This document shows, piece after piece, positions 55,662-64,000 of a DNA stretch of 64,000 bases. The first letter of the stretch is position 1. Each line of letters begins with the position of its first letter. Source of the DNA: Asaia bogorensis (GTDB lineage: Bacteria; Pseudomonadota; Alphaproteobacteria; Acetobacterales; Acetobacteraceae). The stretch is from positions 13,741 through 77,740 of the forward strand of contig CALQTN020000010.1 of assembly GCA_943333505.2 (NCBI GenBank), given 5' to 3'. The translations under genes and the position numbers were made by a program. The notes under the pieces were generated by a model that saw only the letters and a list, made by a program, of their open reading frames with translations, made no database searches and had not been told where the DNA came from.

Positions 55662-56488
55662 CCCTGGGCGGCCTTGGCGACGTGGCCAAAGCACGGGAAG
55701 TCCAGATGCATGCCCGCCACCCGCAGCCGATCGGTGGCCGCCATGTCGAAGGTTTTGCGCCGGCTGACCCGCGCCAGATCGGCGTCGGTATCGAAGACCA
55801 TGCCGGCTTCGGGGTTGGTGAACTGGATGCCGGGAAGATGCACCACATCGCCCCAGACCAGCAGGCTGTCATCACCTGACGCCAGGATCCAACCAGTATG
55901 ACCGGGCGTATGCCCGGGAAGATGCTGCACCATCACGCCTGGCATCACCACTTCACCATGCTTCACCTGGCGGGTGCGGTCCTGGTACGGGGTGAGGCAC
56001 CGCACCGCGAGGGCAAAGCTGTCTTTCGCCGCATCAGGCGCTGCGGCCGCGATATCGGCATTGAGCCAGAATCCGGCCTCGGCGGCATTGATCACCAGTT
56101 CGGCATTGGGGAAATAGGCGGCGCCAGCATCGTCGATCAGACCGCTCGCATGGTCGATATGGGCGTGGGTCAGCAGCACGGTGGAAATATCGGCTGGTGC
56201 GATCCCGAGGCTCGCCAGACCCTTGCGCATGAAGCCGTGCGCCGGGCCGAATGCGTTGGCGCTGCCAGCATCGATCAGGATTTTCTTGGCGCCGATTTCG
56301 ACGAGGAAGGCCGAAATGGTAATGCGGGGTGGCAGCGTACGGAAATGCGCGATCTCGAGCCGCTCGGCTTCCTCCGGGGTGATGCCGGCCAGCACACCGG
56401 TGCCGGCCTCGAACATACCGTCATTCAGCGCGGTGATGGCGATGTCACCGACTTTGGTGCGGTAGACGCCAGAGTTACGATTGGTCAT
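55628..56488 (-). CDS. MBL-fold metallo-hydrolase (lactonase/glyoxalase II-like)
   Basis: LLTHAHIDHASG (HxHxDH) and later His/Asp ligands. 286 aa. The 3' end overlaps the giant gene by 34 nt. Confidence 0.8.
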   Translation of the reverse strand: MTNRNSGVYRTKVGDIAITALNDGMFEAGTGVLAGITPEEAERLEIAHFRTLPPRITISAFLVEIGAKKILIDAGSANAFGPAHGFMRKGLASLGIAPADISTVLLTHAHIDHASGLIDDAGAAYFPNAELVINAAEAGFWLNADIAAAAPDAAKDSFALAVRCLTPYQDRTRQVKHGEVVMPGVMVQHLPGHTPGHTGWILASGDDSLLVWGDVVHLPGIQFTNPEAGMVFDTDADLARVSRRKTFDMAATDRLRVAGMHLDFPCFGHVAKAAQGYAFVPDVWLA

Positions 56489-56572
56489 GGCATGATCTCC
56501 TTTAAGCGACGGATAGGCAGGTTGAAAGCCGCCGAGCTGACGGCTGATGACGCACGCGCCGAACAGCGCGCC

Positions 56573-56677
56573 TAGAGCGTGATGACCATAGGTGGAATCA
56601 CCCGAAGGTCTGAATCACGCGACCAAGCAAAGAGTTAGAGCGTGATGACCGCGCCTATCAGCGGTCATCACGCTCTA
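56573..56677. mobile_element. MITE-like element, copy B (101 bp + TA/TA flanks; best-preserved copy)
   Basis: TA|gagcgtgatgacc...ggtcatcacgctc|TA with perfect 13-bp terminal inverted repeats and an internal duplicate of the left repeat, forming agagcgtgatgaccgc/gcggtcatcacgctct. Confidence 0.75.
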
Positions 56678-56721
56678 TATCGCCGGTCCGGCAACCAGGG
56701 CCCGGTTTTGCGCGCTGGTGT

Positions 56722-57102
56722 TCATGCCTTGGCCAACATCGGCCCCATCGGACGTCCACCGAAAAGATGGACATGCAAATGCGGCACTTCCTGGCCGGAA
56801 TGCTCGCCCATATTGGCCAGCAGGCGATAGCCTGGGGCTTCGAGGCCGAGATCGCGCGCCACCTGGCCAACTGCGCGCACGAAGCCGGCAATTTCAGCGT
56901 CGCTCGCCATTGCCGAGAAATCCGCCCAGGAAATATAGGCACCGCGCGGGATCACCAGCACGTGGATTGGCGCCACCGGGGCGATGTCGTGAAAGGCGAT
57001 CGCGTATTCATTCTCGAACACGCGCGTGCTGGGAATTTCACCGCGCAGGATTTTGGCGAACACGTTTTGCGGGTCGTAAACACCCACGCCTTTTACCGCC
57101 AT
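56722..57102 (-). CDS. HIT (histidine triad) family protein
   Basis: VFAKILRGEIPS..., HLHVHLFGG histidine triad. Start at Met41 of the supplied ORF. Confidence 0.85.
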   Translation of the reverse strand: MAVKGVGVYDPQNVFAKILRGEIPSTRVFENEYAIAFHDIAPVAPIHVLVIPRGAYISWADFSAMASDAEIAGFVRAVGQVARDLGLEAPGYRLLANMGEHSGQEVPHLHVHLFGGRPMGPMLAKA

Positions 57103-57122
57103 CGTTGGTTCCCCTCGCCCGG

Positions 57123-57644
57123 TTACGGGATTTTCCTGGTCAATGTGAGCCGCTCCGGAAGATTGCGGCTGGCCTTCTCGGCGATCCCGGAAATGCCCTC
57201 GCGCCGTTCGAGCTCCGCCCAAACTTCACCAGTTGCAACCCCAGCATCTTCCCAGAGCAGCAACAAATGATAGAGTACATCGGCACTTTCGGCAATCAGC
57301 GCCGCACGGTTGCCCGATACCGCCTCGATCAGGCATTCGACCGCTTCCTCGCCGAATTTCTGCGCCACCTTGGCCGTGCCACGCGACAGCAGGCGGGCGG
57401 AATGGCTCAATTCAGGATCGGCGCCGCGCCGGCTGGCAATGACGGCCGCAAGCCGATCAAGCACGTTGGTGCTGGCACCGTGGATCGAAACCCCCTGTGC
57501 AATGCGTTTGTTCAGCAGTTTGCGCACGCTCAATTTCTTGGCCGCAGGCTTTTTCGCAACCGTAGCTTTGGTCTCCGCTTTCTTGACAGAAGCTTTCTTG
57601 ACCGCCGCTTTCTTGGGTGCGGCTTTCTTTGTCGTTTTGGCCAT
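57123..57644 (-). CDS. hisE: Phosphoribosyl-ATP pyrophosphatase with Lys/Ala-rich N-terminal extension
   Basis: C-terminal ~110 aa [42 protein letters not shown]...[11 protein letters not shown] is HisE. The N-terminal ~50 aa read [37 protein letters not shown]. The ATG lies 8 nt after the hisF stop. Confidence 0.8.
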   Translation of the reverse strand: MAKTTKKAAPKKAAVKKASVKKAETKATVAKKPAAKKLSVRKLLNKRIAQGVSIHGASTNVLDRLAAVIASRRGADPELSHSARLLSRGTAKVAQKFGEEAVECLIEAVSGNRAALIAESADVLYHLLLLWEDAGVATGEVWAELERREGISGIAEKASRNLPERLTLTRKIP

Positions 57645-57652
57645 CGATGCCC

Positions 57653-58426
57653 CTATGCCGCGAGGTTGCGCTGCATGCGCACTGGAAGTCCCGCCCGGGC
57701 CAGTTCAGCTTTCACCTCGGCGATGGTGAAGGTGCCAAAGTGGAAGACACTTGCCGCCAGCAAGCCGGTCGCCCCGGCCGCGGCGCCTTCGACAAAGTGC
57801 TGCAAGGTGCCGACGCCGCCGGATGCGATCACCGGGACGCGAATGGCCGCGCAGACCGCCCGCACCAATGCGAGGTCGAAGCCGGTGCCCTGGCCGTCCT
57901 GATCCATGCTGGTCAACAGGATTTCGCCCGCGCCCAGCGCCACCACCTGGCGGCACCAGTCGATGACGTCAATGCCGGTGTCGCGCCTGCCACCATGGGT
58001 GAAGACCGACCATTTGCCACCGGCCACGCGCTTGGCGTCCACCGCGACCACAATGCATTGGCTGCCGAATTTTTCCGCCGCTTCGCGCACCAGTTCCGGG
58101 CGTGCCACCGCCGCCGAGTTGATGCTGGCCTTGTCGGCACCGGCCAGCAGCAACCGCCTGATATCGTCCACAGCGCGGATGCCACCACCCACGGTCAACG
58201 GCAGAAATACCCGCGCTGCCGTGCGGCTAACGACGTCGAGGATCGTGTCGCGGTTTTCGTGGCTCGCGGTGATGTCCAGGAAGGTCAATTCGTCAGCGCC
58301 GGCGGCGTCGTATATCACCGCCTGCTCGACCGGATCGCCGGCATCGCGCAGCCCGACAAAGCTCACGCCCTTGACGACGCGGCCGTCCTTGACGTCCAGA
58401 CACGGGATCACACGCAATTTCAACAT
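57653..58426 (-). CDS. hisF: Imidazole glycerol phosphate synthase cyclase subunit
   Basis: [20 protein letters not shown]..., 257 aa, classic HisF. Confidence 0.95.
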   Translation of the reverse strand: MLKLRVIPCLDVKDGRVVKGVSFVGLRDAGDPVEQAVIYDAAGADELTFLDITASHENRDTILDVVSRTAARVFLPLTVGGGIRAVDDIRRLLLAGADKASINSAAVARPELVREAAEKFGSQCIVVAVDAKRVAGGKWSVFTHGGRRDTGIDVIDWCRQVVALGAGEILLTSMDQDGQGTGFDLALVRAVCAAIRVPVIASGGVGTLQHFVEGAAAGATGLLAASVFHFGTFTIAEVKAELARAGLPVRMQRNLAA

Positions 58427-58428
58427 GA

Positions 58429-59160
58429 TCAGCTATCCAGCAGAGCCAGCGACTCGGGCAATGAAACACGGCCATCATATAAAGCGCGGCCCACAATCAC
58501 GCCATCAAGTCGGCCATGCGCGGCCTGCTTTAGCGCCCGCAGATCATCGAGGCTGCCGATCCCGCCCGAGGCGATTACCTTGGTCGAGATCCGGGTTGCG
58601 AGATCGATGGTTGCCTCAATATTCACCCCACCCAGCATACCATCGCGACCAATATCGGTGAAGATGATCGCCGAAACCCCGGCATCTTCGAACCGCAACG
58701 CCAGATCGGTCGCCGGAATGGTCGAAATCTCCGCCCAGCCTTCGGTTGCCACAAATCCGTCACGGGCGTCGATGCCGACAGCGATGCGGCCGGGAAATTC
58801 GCGACACGCCTCAATCACCAGAGCGGGATTCTTCGCCGCCGCACTGCCGAGGATCACCCGGCCGATGCCGGCTTCGAGCCATTGCGCAATGCCGGCCAGA
58901 TCGCGAATGCCGCCGCCGAGCTGCACCGGGACCGTCACGTTGGCGATGATGTCACGCACCGCCGCCGCATTCACCGGTTTGCCGGCGAATGCGCCGTTGA
59001 GGTCAACAACATGGATATAGCGGCAGCCACCATCCTGCCACGCCCGTGCCTGCGCGCCGGGATTGTCGGAGTAGACTGTCGCGTCGGCCATTTCGCCGCG
59101 GCGGAGACGAACGCAGCTGCCGTCTTTTAGGTCGATCGCGGGGTATAGGGTCAAGCTCAT
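58429..59160 (-). CDS. hisA: ProFAR isomerase (1-(5-phosphoribosyl)-5-[(5-phosphoribosylamino)methylideneamino]imidazole-4-carboxamide isomerase)
   Basis: [20 protein letters not shown]..., 243 aa, classic HisA, directly upstream of hisF. Confidence 0.93.
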   Translation of the reverse strand: MSLTLYPAIDLKDGSCVRLRRGEMADATVYSDNPGAQARAWQDGGCRYIHVVDLNGAFAGKPVNAAAVRDIIANVTVPVQLGGGIRDLAGIAQWLEAGIGRVILGSAAAKNPALVIEACREFPGRIAVGIDARDGFVATEGWAEISTIPATDLALRFEDAGVSAIIFTDIGRDGMLGGVNIEATIDLATRISTKVIASGGIGSLDDLRALKQAAHGRLDGVIVGRALYDGRVSLPESLALLDS

Positions 59161-59194
59161 GGCTCAGTTCCGAAATCTCACGCTAAGAATAGCC

Positions 59195-59223
59195 GTTATT
59201 GCGGGCCCTTGCGAAACAATGAC
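59195..59223. repeat. Solo arm of the 1484-1564 palindrome family
   Basis: gttattgcgggcccttgcgaaacaatgac versus gtcattgtgagcccttgcgaagcaatc (1484-1510). Most positions are identical. Confidence 0.45.
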
Positions 59224-59231
59224 AGCAGGAA

Positions 59232-60878
59232 TTAAACCCTCAGCAGATGCACATCCACCAAAGGCCGCTTCTGCAACCTTTTACCCAACGCCCGCCGCAA
59301 CGCCGCCTTGGCCGCATCCAACAACGGGGCATCATCCGCCCGCAACGCCTCGGGCAATTCGTCGATAGCCTCGGTCAACTCGGCGACCACCCGGGTGGTC
59401 ATCGCGTCATCGTCATCCAGCAGGCCCGGCGCGCTGATCTTTGGCGGGCTCAACAGTTTGCCGCTGGCATCTACCGCGATCGAGGCAATGACAATGCCGT
59501 TGAACAGCATCCGCCGTCGTGCACCGAGCACCCCGCCAGCAAGCGGCACCAGCCGGTTGCCGTCGAGCACCAGCTTGCCGACCGGCGCACTGTCGATCAC
59601 CGTTGGCGTGCCTGGGGTCAGCCCGAGGATATCGCCGTCTTCGAGCAAAATCGGGGTGACGCCCAATTCCTGCGCGAGTGCGGCATGGGCGGACAGATGT
59701 CGCCATTCGCCATGGGTTGGCACCGAAAACCGTGGCCGCACCAGTTCATACAGCCGGCGCAATTCATCGCGCGCCGGATGGCCGGAAACGTGGACATGGG
59801 CTTCTTCGTCGGTCACCACCCGCACGCCGCGGCGCACCAGGCTGTCCTGCACCACGCCGATGGCGCGTTCATTGCCGGGGATCATCCGGCTCGAATAGAC
59901 AACCGTGTCGCCATGGCCGAGTTCGATGCGGGGATGGGTGTCCATTGCGACGCGCGACAGGGCGCTGCGATCTTCGCCCTGGCTGCCGGTGATGAGGATA
60001 AGCAGGTTATCGTCATCGATATCGTTGGCCTGATCTTCCGACAGGAACGGCGCGATACCTTTGAGATAGCCGCAGGTCCGCGCGGCGGAGTCGAGGTTGC
60101 GCAAGCTGCGCCCAACCATGGCGACGCTGCGGCCGGCGGCGCGGGCGGCCAAGGCGACCGATTCAACCCGGGCCACGTTGCTGGCAAAGCACGTGACCGC
60201 GACGCGACCACGTAAACCGGCAATGACCTCGACGAGGTTGCGGCGCACATCGCCTTCCGACCCGGAATGGCCTTCGACCATGGCGTTGGTCGAGTCACAG
60301 ATCATCGCCAGCACGCCTTCATCACCGAGCGCGCGGAGGGCTGCCTCGTCCGATTGCGGGCCGACCATGGGATTGGGATCGAGCTTGAAATCGCCGGTAT
60401 GCAGGACTGTGCCGGCGTCCGTGCGGATCACCAGGGCTTGCGATTCCGGCACTGAATGCGCCATGCGGATGAATTGTAAGCGGAACGGCTTCAGGGTGAA
60501 GCTGCCGCCGGCCGGCACTGTGTGCACTGGCACCTTGCTAAGCAGGCCGGCTTCGGCGAGCTTGCGGCGCAGCACGGTCGCGGCAAACGGCGTTGCATAA
60601 ACCGGGCATTGCAATTGCGGCCACAGATGCGCGACTGCGCCTATATGGTCTTCATGCGCATGGGTGATCACCAGCCCGACCAGATTTTCACGCCGTTCAG
60701 CGATGAAGGCCGGGTCCGGCATCATGATTTCGACCTCGGGGTGCGCCGCACCGCCAAAGCCGATGCCGCAATCGACCGCAAGCCAGCGGCCGCCGAAGCG
60801 GTAAAGGTTCAAATTCATCCCGATTTCGCCGGTCCCACCCAGCGGCAGGAAGGCAAAATCACTCGTCGAGGCGTCCAT
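59232..60878 (-). CDS. rnj: Ribonuclease J (MBL / beta-CASP)
   Basis: FLPLGGTGEIGMNLNLY, VITHAHEDHIGA, beta-CASP region. 548 aa. Confidence 0.9.
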   Translation of the reverse strand: MDASTSDFAFLPLGGTGEIGMNLNLYRFGGRWLAVDCGIGFGGAAHPEVEIMMPDPAFIAERRENLVGLVITHAHEDHIGAVAHLWPQLQCPVYATPFAATVLRRKLAEAGLLSKVPVHTVPAGGSFTLKPFRLQFIRMAHSVPESQALVIRTDAGTVLHTGDFKLDPNPMVGPQSDEAALRALGDEGVLAMICDSTNAMVEGHSGSEGDVRRNLVEVIAGLRGRVAVTCFASNVARVESVALAARAAGRSVAMVGRSLRNLDSAARTCGYLKGIAPFLSEDQANDIDDDNLLILITGSQGEDRSALSRVAMDTHPRIELGHGDTVVYSSRMIPGNERAIGVVQDSLVRRGVRVVTDEEAHVHVSGHPARDELRRLYELVRPRFSVPTHGEWRHLSAHAALAQELGVTPILLEDGDILGLTPGTPTVIDSAPVGKLVLDGNRLVPLAGGVLGARRRMLFNGIVIASIAVDASGKLLSPPKISAPGLLDDDDAMTTRVVAELTEAIDELPEALRADDAPLLDAAKAALRRALGKRLQKRPLVDVHLLRV

Positions 60879-60929
60879 TTATATCTTCAATTCCCAATTC
60901 GGCGCGGCATAGGGCCGCACATTCAGCGT

Positions 60930-61745
60930 TTAGTCATGTTCATGGTCCGGCAATCTTGCCCGTTCGCGCGACAGCACCGGTGCCGGATTGCGCGCCGCCA
61001 GGAGGCGGAGGCCATCCAGCGTTAGATCGGGATCGATTGTCTCGATAACATTGGTGCCTTCGGCGAGCAGCGAAGCCAAGCCGCCAGTAGCCACCACTTT
61101 CAACCCGCCCCCATACTCGCTTTGGATGCGCGCGACCAGCCCCTCGACCATCCCGACATAGCCCCAGTAAATTCCGGATTGCATGGCAGGCACCGTCGAT
61201 CGACCGATCACCGATTGCGGCCGGCCAATACCGATGCGCGGCAGCCGGGCGGCGGCGCGGTGCAGCGCTTCAATCGACAAATTGATGCCGGGGGCGATCA
61301 CCCCGCCGAGATAGGCGCCATCACGATCCATGACATCGAATGTGGTGGCGGTGCCGAAATCGATAATCACCATCGGCCCGCCATAACGGACATGGCCGGC
61401 CAGCGTGTTGAGCAGCCGATCGGCACCGACCTCATCCGGGTTGTCGATCTTGATCGCGAAACCCCAGTCGAGCGCGGCGCGGGCGACCAGCGGCTCCACA
61501 TCGAGCCAGTCGCGGCACAGGCGGCGGATATCATAAAGGGCAGCCGGCACCACGGTGCCGATGACCGCACCGGTGATCTGTTCGCGCTTGATGTTGCTGC
61601 TGCCCAGCATGGTTTGCAGCCACACCCAATATTCATCCGCGGTGCGCTGGGCGTTGGTCGAAATCCGCCAGATCCCGCGCCACTGGTCACCATCATGCAC
61701 CGCCATGACGGTGTTGGTATTCCCGGTATCGACCACCAGCAACAT
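60930..61745 (-). CDS. coaX: Type III pantothenate kinase
   Basis: [16 protein letters not shown] start (Met25 of the supplied ORF), GADR and GTATTFD motifs. Confidence 0.9.
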   Translation of the reverse strand: MLLVVDTGNTNTVMAVHDGDQWRGIWRISTNAQRTADEYWVWLQTMLGSSNIKREQITGAVIGTVVPAALYDIRRLCRDWLDVEPLVARAALDWGFAIKIDNPDEVGADRLLNTLAGHVRYGGPMVIIDFGTATTFDVMDRDGAYLGGVIAPGINLSIEALHRAAARLPRIGIGRPQSVIGRSTVPAMQSGIYWGYVGMVEGLVARIQSEYGGGLKVVATGGLASLLAEGTNVIETIDPDLTLDGLRLLAARNPAPVLSRERARLPDHEHD

Positions 61746-61747
61746 GG

Positions 61748-62491
61748 CTAACTCCCGTTTGGCAGCAGGACATCGCCCGCGGTGAAATTTTTGATGGTCC
61801 CAGCGATTTCCAGGCACAGCCCACCATCGTCGCCAAGCCCGGCAAACCCGCCGGCATATTCATGGCCGCCGAGCTTGAGTGTCATCGCGCTGCCGAGCGG
61901 TTGGGCGTGGACGCGCCAGGCATCCCGCACTGGCGCGAAACCGTAGGCCTCCAGAACCGCGAGCCAGACGCCGATCCGCTCCAGCAATTGCCCGGCGAAC
62001 GCCTCGGCGTCGGGTGCGATCGGGAGTTTGGCGGTGCGGCGGTCAGGGAGTTCCGGCGCATGGGCGAGATTGACGCCGATGCCGAGGATCACCCAATCGA
62101 TCGTGGCGCCAGTGCCGTGGCTCTCGGTGAGGATGCCGGCGAGTTTGGCGCCGTCGAGCAACAGGTCGTTCGGCCATTTCAGCGCGAGATCGGCATCGTC
62201 CGGCAGGTGCCTGCGCACGGTTTCAGCGAGTGCCACGCCGGCCAGCAAAGACATCTGCGCGGCTTCACGCGGGGCCAGGGTCGGCCGCACCAGAACCGAC
62301 AGCGCCAGATTGCCGGCTGGCGTTTCCCAGCCGCGCCCGCGACTGCCGCGCGCTTGCGATTGGCGTCGGGCCAGGACCGCCAGGCCATCGGGTTCGCCCT
62401 CGGCCGCCAGCGTGCGGCAAAGATCCGAGGTCGATGGCAGAACCTCGTGCACTTGCAGCCGCCACACGCGGGCGGCAGCCGCATCCGTCAT
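61748..62491 (-). CDS. birA: Biotin--[acetyl-CoA-carboxylase] ligase (no N-terminal HTH)
   Basis: [24 protein letters not shown] biotin-binding loop, KWPNDLLL. 247 aa. Confidence 0.85.
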   Translation of the reverse strand: MTDAAAARVWRLQVHEVLPSTSDLCRTLAAEGEPDGLAVLARRQSQARGSRGRGWETPAGNLALSVLVRPTLAPREAAQMSLLAGVALAETVRRHLPDDADLALKWPNDLLLDGAKLAGILTESHGTGATIDWVILGIGVNLAHAPELPDRRTAKLPIAPDAEAFAGQLLERIGVWLAVLEAYGFAPVRDAWRVHAQPLGSAMTLKLGGHEYAGGFAGLGDDGGLCLEIAGTIKNFTAGDVLLPNGS

Positions 62492-63909
62492 CCGAAGATT
62501 GCTTTGGCGGCAGCCAGAGCGGCGGCTTCAACCGGGGCGGCGAAGGTGAAGAACAGGACAGTGAACAAGCCGCCAGCCACTGCGACCACCGACAGCGATG
62601 CCGGGCGCGCATCGAAGGCTTCCGCACTATCATCGAAGAACATCACCTTGATGATGCGAATGTAATAGTAGGCACCGATCACGCTGGTCAGCACGCCAAT
62701 CACCGCCAATATCCACATGCCCTGGGAGACGGCTGCCTGGAAGATGAACAATTTTCCCCAGAAGCCTGAAAACGGCGGGATACCCGCCATCGAGAACATG
62801 AACACGGCGAGCCATAATGCCAGGCCAAGGTCGGTGCGCGCCAGGCCCGCAAGATCTGAGATGCCTTCGACCGCACGGCCGCGGCGGCGCATCGCCAGGA
62901 TGCAGGCGAACGCGCCGGCGTTCATGAACACGTAAGTCACCAGATAAATCAGCACGCCCTTGACGCCCAGCGGCGTGCCGGCGGCGAGGCCGACCAGCGC
63001 GTAGCCCATATGCCCGATCGACGAATACGCCATCAGCCGCTTGATGTTCTTCTGGCCAATCGCGGCGAGCGAGCCCAGGAGCATCGAGGCAATTGCCACC
63101 AGCACGATCAGTTGCTGCCATTGCGCCAGCAAATGCCCGAACGGCCCGCCCAGCACCCGCAGCAGCAGTGCCATGGCCGCCACTTTTGGCGCCGTGCCCA
63201 TGAAGGCGGTGACCGGGGTCGGGGCACCTTCATAGACGTCCGGCGTCCACATATGGAACGGCACCGCCGATATCTTGAAAGACAATCCGGCGACGATGAA
63301 CACGACGCCCACCGTGACGCCGGTCGAGGCATTGTCCTTGTCGCTGAGCAGACGGCCGAGATCGCTGAAGCTCATGCTGCCGGCAAAGCCGTAAACCAGC
63401 GAAATCCCGTAGAGCAGCAACCCCGAGGCCAGTGCGCCCAGTACGAAATACTTCAACCCGGCTTCCGAGCTGCGCAGATCGTCGCGCGCGAAGGCCGCCA
63501 GCACGTAGATCGACAGGCTCATCAATTCGACGCCGAGATAGAGCGACATCAAATTCACCGCCGATGCCATCAGCATCATGCCAACCGTGGCGAACAGCAC
63601 CAGCACCGGGTATTCAAAGCGCCGCAGATTTTCCTGCTCGATATAGTCGAGCGACAGGATCACCCCGAGCATGGCGGCGGCCAGGATCAGCAGTTTTACG
63701 AAGCCGCTGAACGCATCGACTGCAAACATCCCGGAATAACCCAGGCCCGGCACTCCGGCCATGACCAGGACGGCGGCCAGCAGCATCGCGCCAACCGTGA
63801 ACATGCTGGCCATGCGGAAGGCGTTTTCCCGCGCCAACACGCCGTAAACCAGGATCGCCATCCCAGCGCAGGACAGGACGATCTCGGGGAGGGCTAGGGT
63901 CCAGCTCAT
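62488..63909 (-). CDS. nuoN: NADH-quinone oxidoreductase subunit N
   Basis: 473 aa, about 14 TM. HMWTPDVYEGAPTPVTAF motif. ATGA overlaps on both sides. Confidence 0.93.
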   Translation of the reverse strand: MSWTLALPEIVLSCAGMAILVYGVLARENAFRMASMFTVGAMLLAAVLVMAGVPGLGYSGMFAVDAFSGFVKLLILAAAMLGVILSLDYIEQENLRRFEYPVLVLFATVGMMLMASAVNLMSLYLGVELMSLSIYVLAAFARDDLRSSEAGLKYFVLGALASGLLLYGISLVYGFAGSMSFSDLGRLLSDKDNASTGVTVGVVFIVAGLSFKISAVPFHMWTPDVYEGAPTPVTAFMGTAPKVAAMALLLRVLGGPFGHLLAQWQQLIVLVAIASMLLGSLAAIGQKNIKRLMAYSSIGHMGYALVGLAAGTPLGVKGVLIYLVTYVFMNAGAFACILAMRRRGRAVEGISDLAGLARTDLGLALWLAVFMFSMAGIPPFSGFWGKLFIFQAAVSQGMWILAVIGVLTSVIGAYYYIRIIKVMFFDDSAEAFDARPASLSVVAVAGGLFTVLFFTFAAPVEAAALAAAKAIFG

Positions 63910-64000
63910 TTCACGATCCCGGCAAGCTTGATGGTCGCGGCGAGTGCGGCCTTGTGATGATCGACCATATGGGCGACCGAGGCATCCCAGAACCCGGTGA
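63906..64000 (-). CDS. nuoM: NADH-quinone oxidoreductase subunit M, 3' end (partial at window edge)
   Basis: The minus strand reads ...TGFWDASVAHMVDHHKAALAATIKLAGIVK* with the TGA overlapping the nuoN ATG. The assignment rests on position upstream of nuoN. Confidence 0.55.
   Translation of the reverse strand, partial: TGFWDASVAHMVDHHKAALAATIKLAGIVK

Noticed and set aside
57617-59020. 467-aa plus-strand ORF
   Set aside because: It is antisense to hisE, hisF and hisA, which are unmistakable. A shadow ORF.
63010-63897. 295-aa plus-strand ORF
   Set aside because: It is antisense to nuoN. His/Arg/Gln-rich with no membrane or enzyme features.
1-64000. Search for CRISPR arrays, tRNA/rRNA genes, prophage or integrase genes, and defence-system hallmarks (RT, Cas, restriction/methylase, toxin-antitoxin pairs)
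   Set aside because: I saw no regularly spaced direct repeats, no tRNA-like T-arm/acceptor patterns and no rRNA-like stretches. None of these protein signatures appeared in any ORF translation. Small ORFs under 60 aa were not systematically translated, so tiny toxin-antitoxin genes cannot be excluded.

Overview
This is a high-GC, gene-dense chromosomal segment with about 60 protein-coding genes on both strands. By gene content and synteny it reads as an alphaproteobacterium: hpnJ-hpnK, metZ-apaG behind a SAM-II-like leader, divergent rsmI/lpoA, hisA-hisF-hisE, and nuoM-nuoN-birA-coaX-rnj. I cannot name the genus. I recognised no rRNA, tRNA, CRISPR array, prophage or intact IS element.

Housekeeping blocks are interrupted by accessory patches that stand out by AT-rich spacers, repeats and gene decay:
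- 10.5-18.6 kb: transposase/GST relic, a PEP-CTERM gene, a BLUF-TetR fusion gene, an AtzG/AtzE-like amidase pair, a deleted amidase paralogue, and a second PEP-CTERM gene.
- 18.7-35.3 kb: two complete peptide-type ABC importers flanking an aminotransferase / DMFase-like / acyl-adenylate ligase / alpha-beta hydrolase set.
- 37.9-43.3 kb: PEP-CTERM-like protein, CobW GTPase coupled to an amidohydrolase, M20 hydrolase, RcnB-like protein.
- 49.3-56.7 kb: ArsR plus a Cys-tailed flavoprotein, a 1406-aa Hint-domain giant protein, and an MBL hydrolase.

Best candidates for something undescribed:
1. A single-polypeptide BLUF photoreceptor fused to a full TetR repressor, divergent from a PEP-CTERM gene across an AT-rich spacer.
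2. A 101-bp TA-flanked MITE family whose hairpin shows compensatory changes and which supplies stop codons to neighbouring genes.
3. Two mirror-image PEP-CTERM tails sharing their RRRR codons.
4. The Cys-rich flavoprotein under an As(III)-type ArsR.

All calls rest on reading the ORF translations and DNA by eye. No HMM or BLAST search was run, so family names are motif-level recognitions. Several start codons were re-chosen inside the supplied ORFs and remain provisional.
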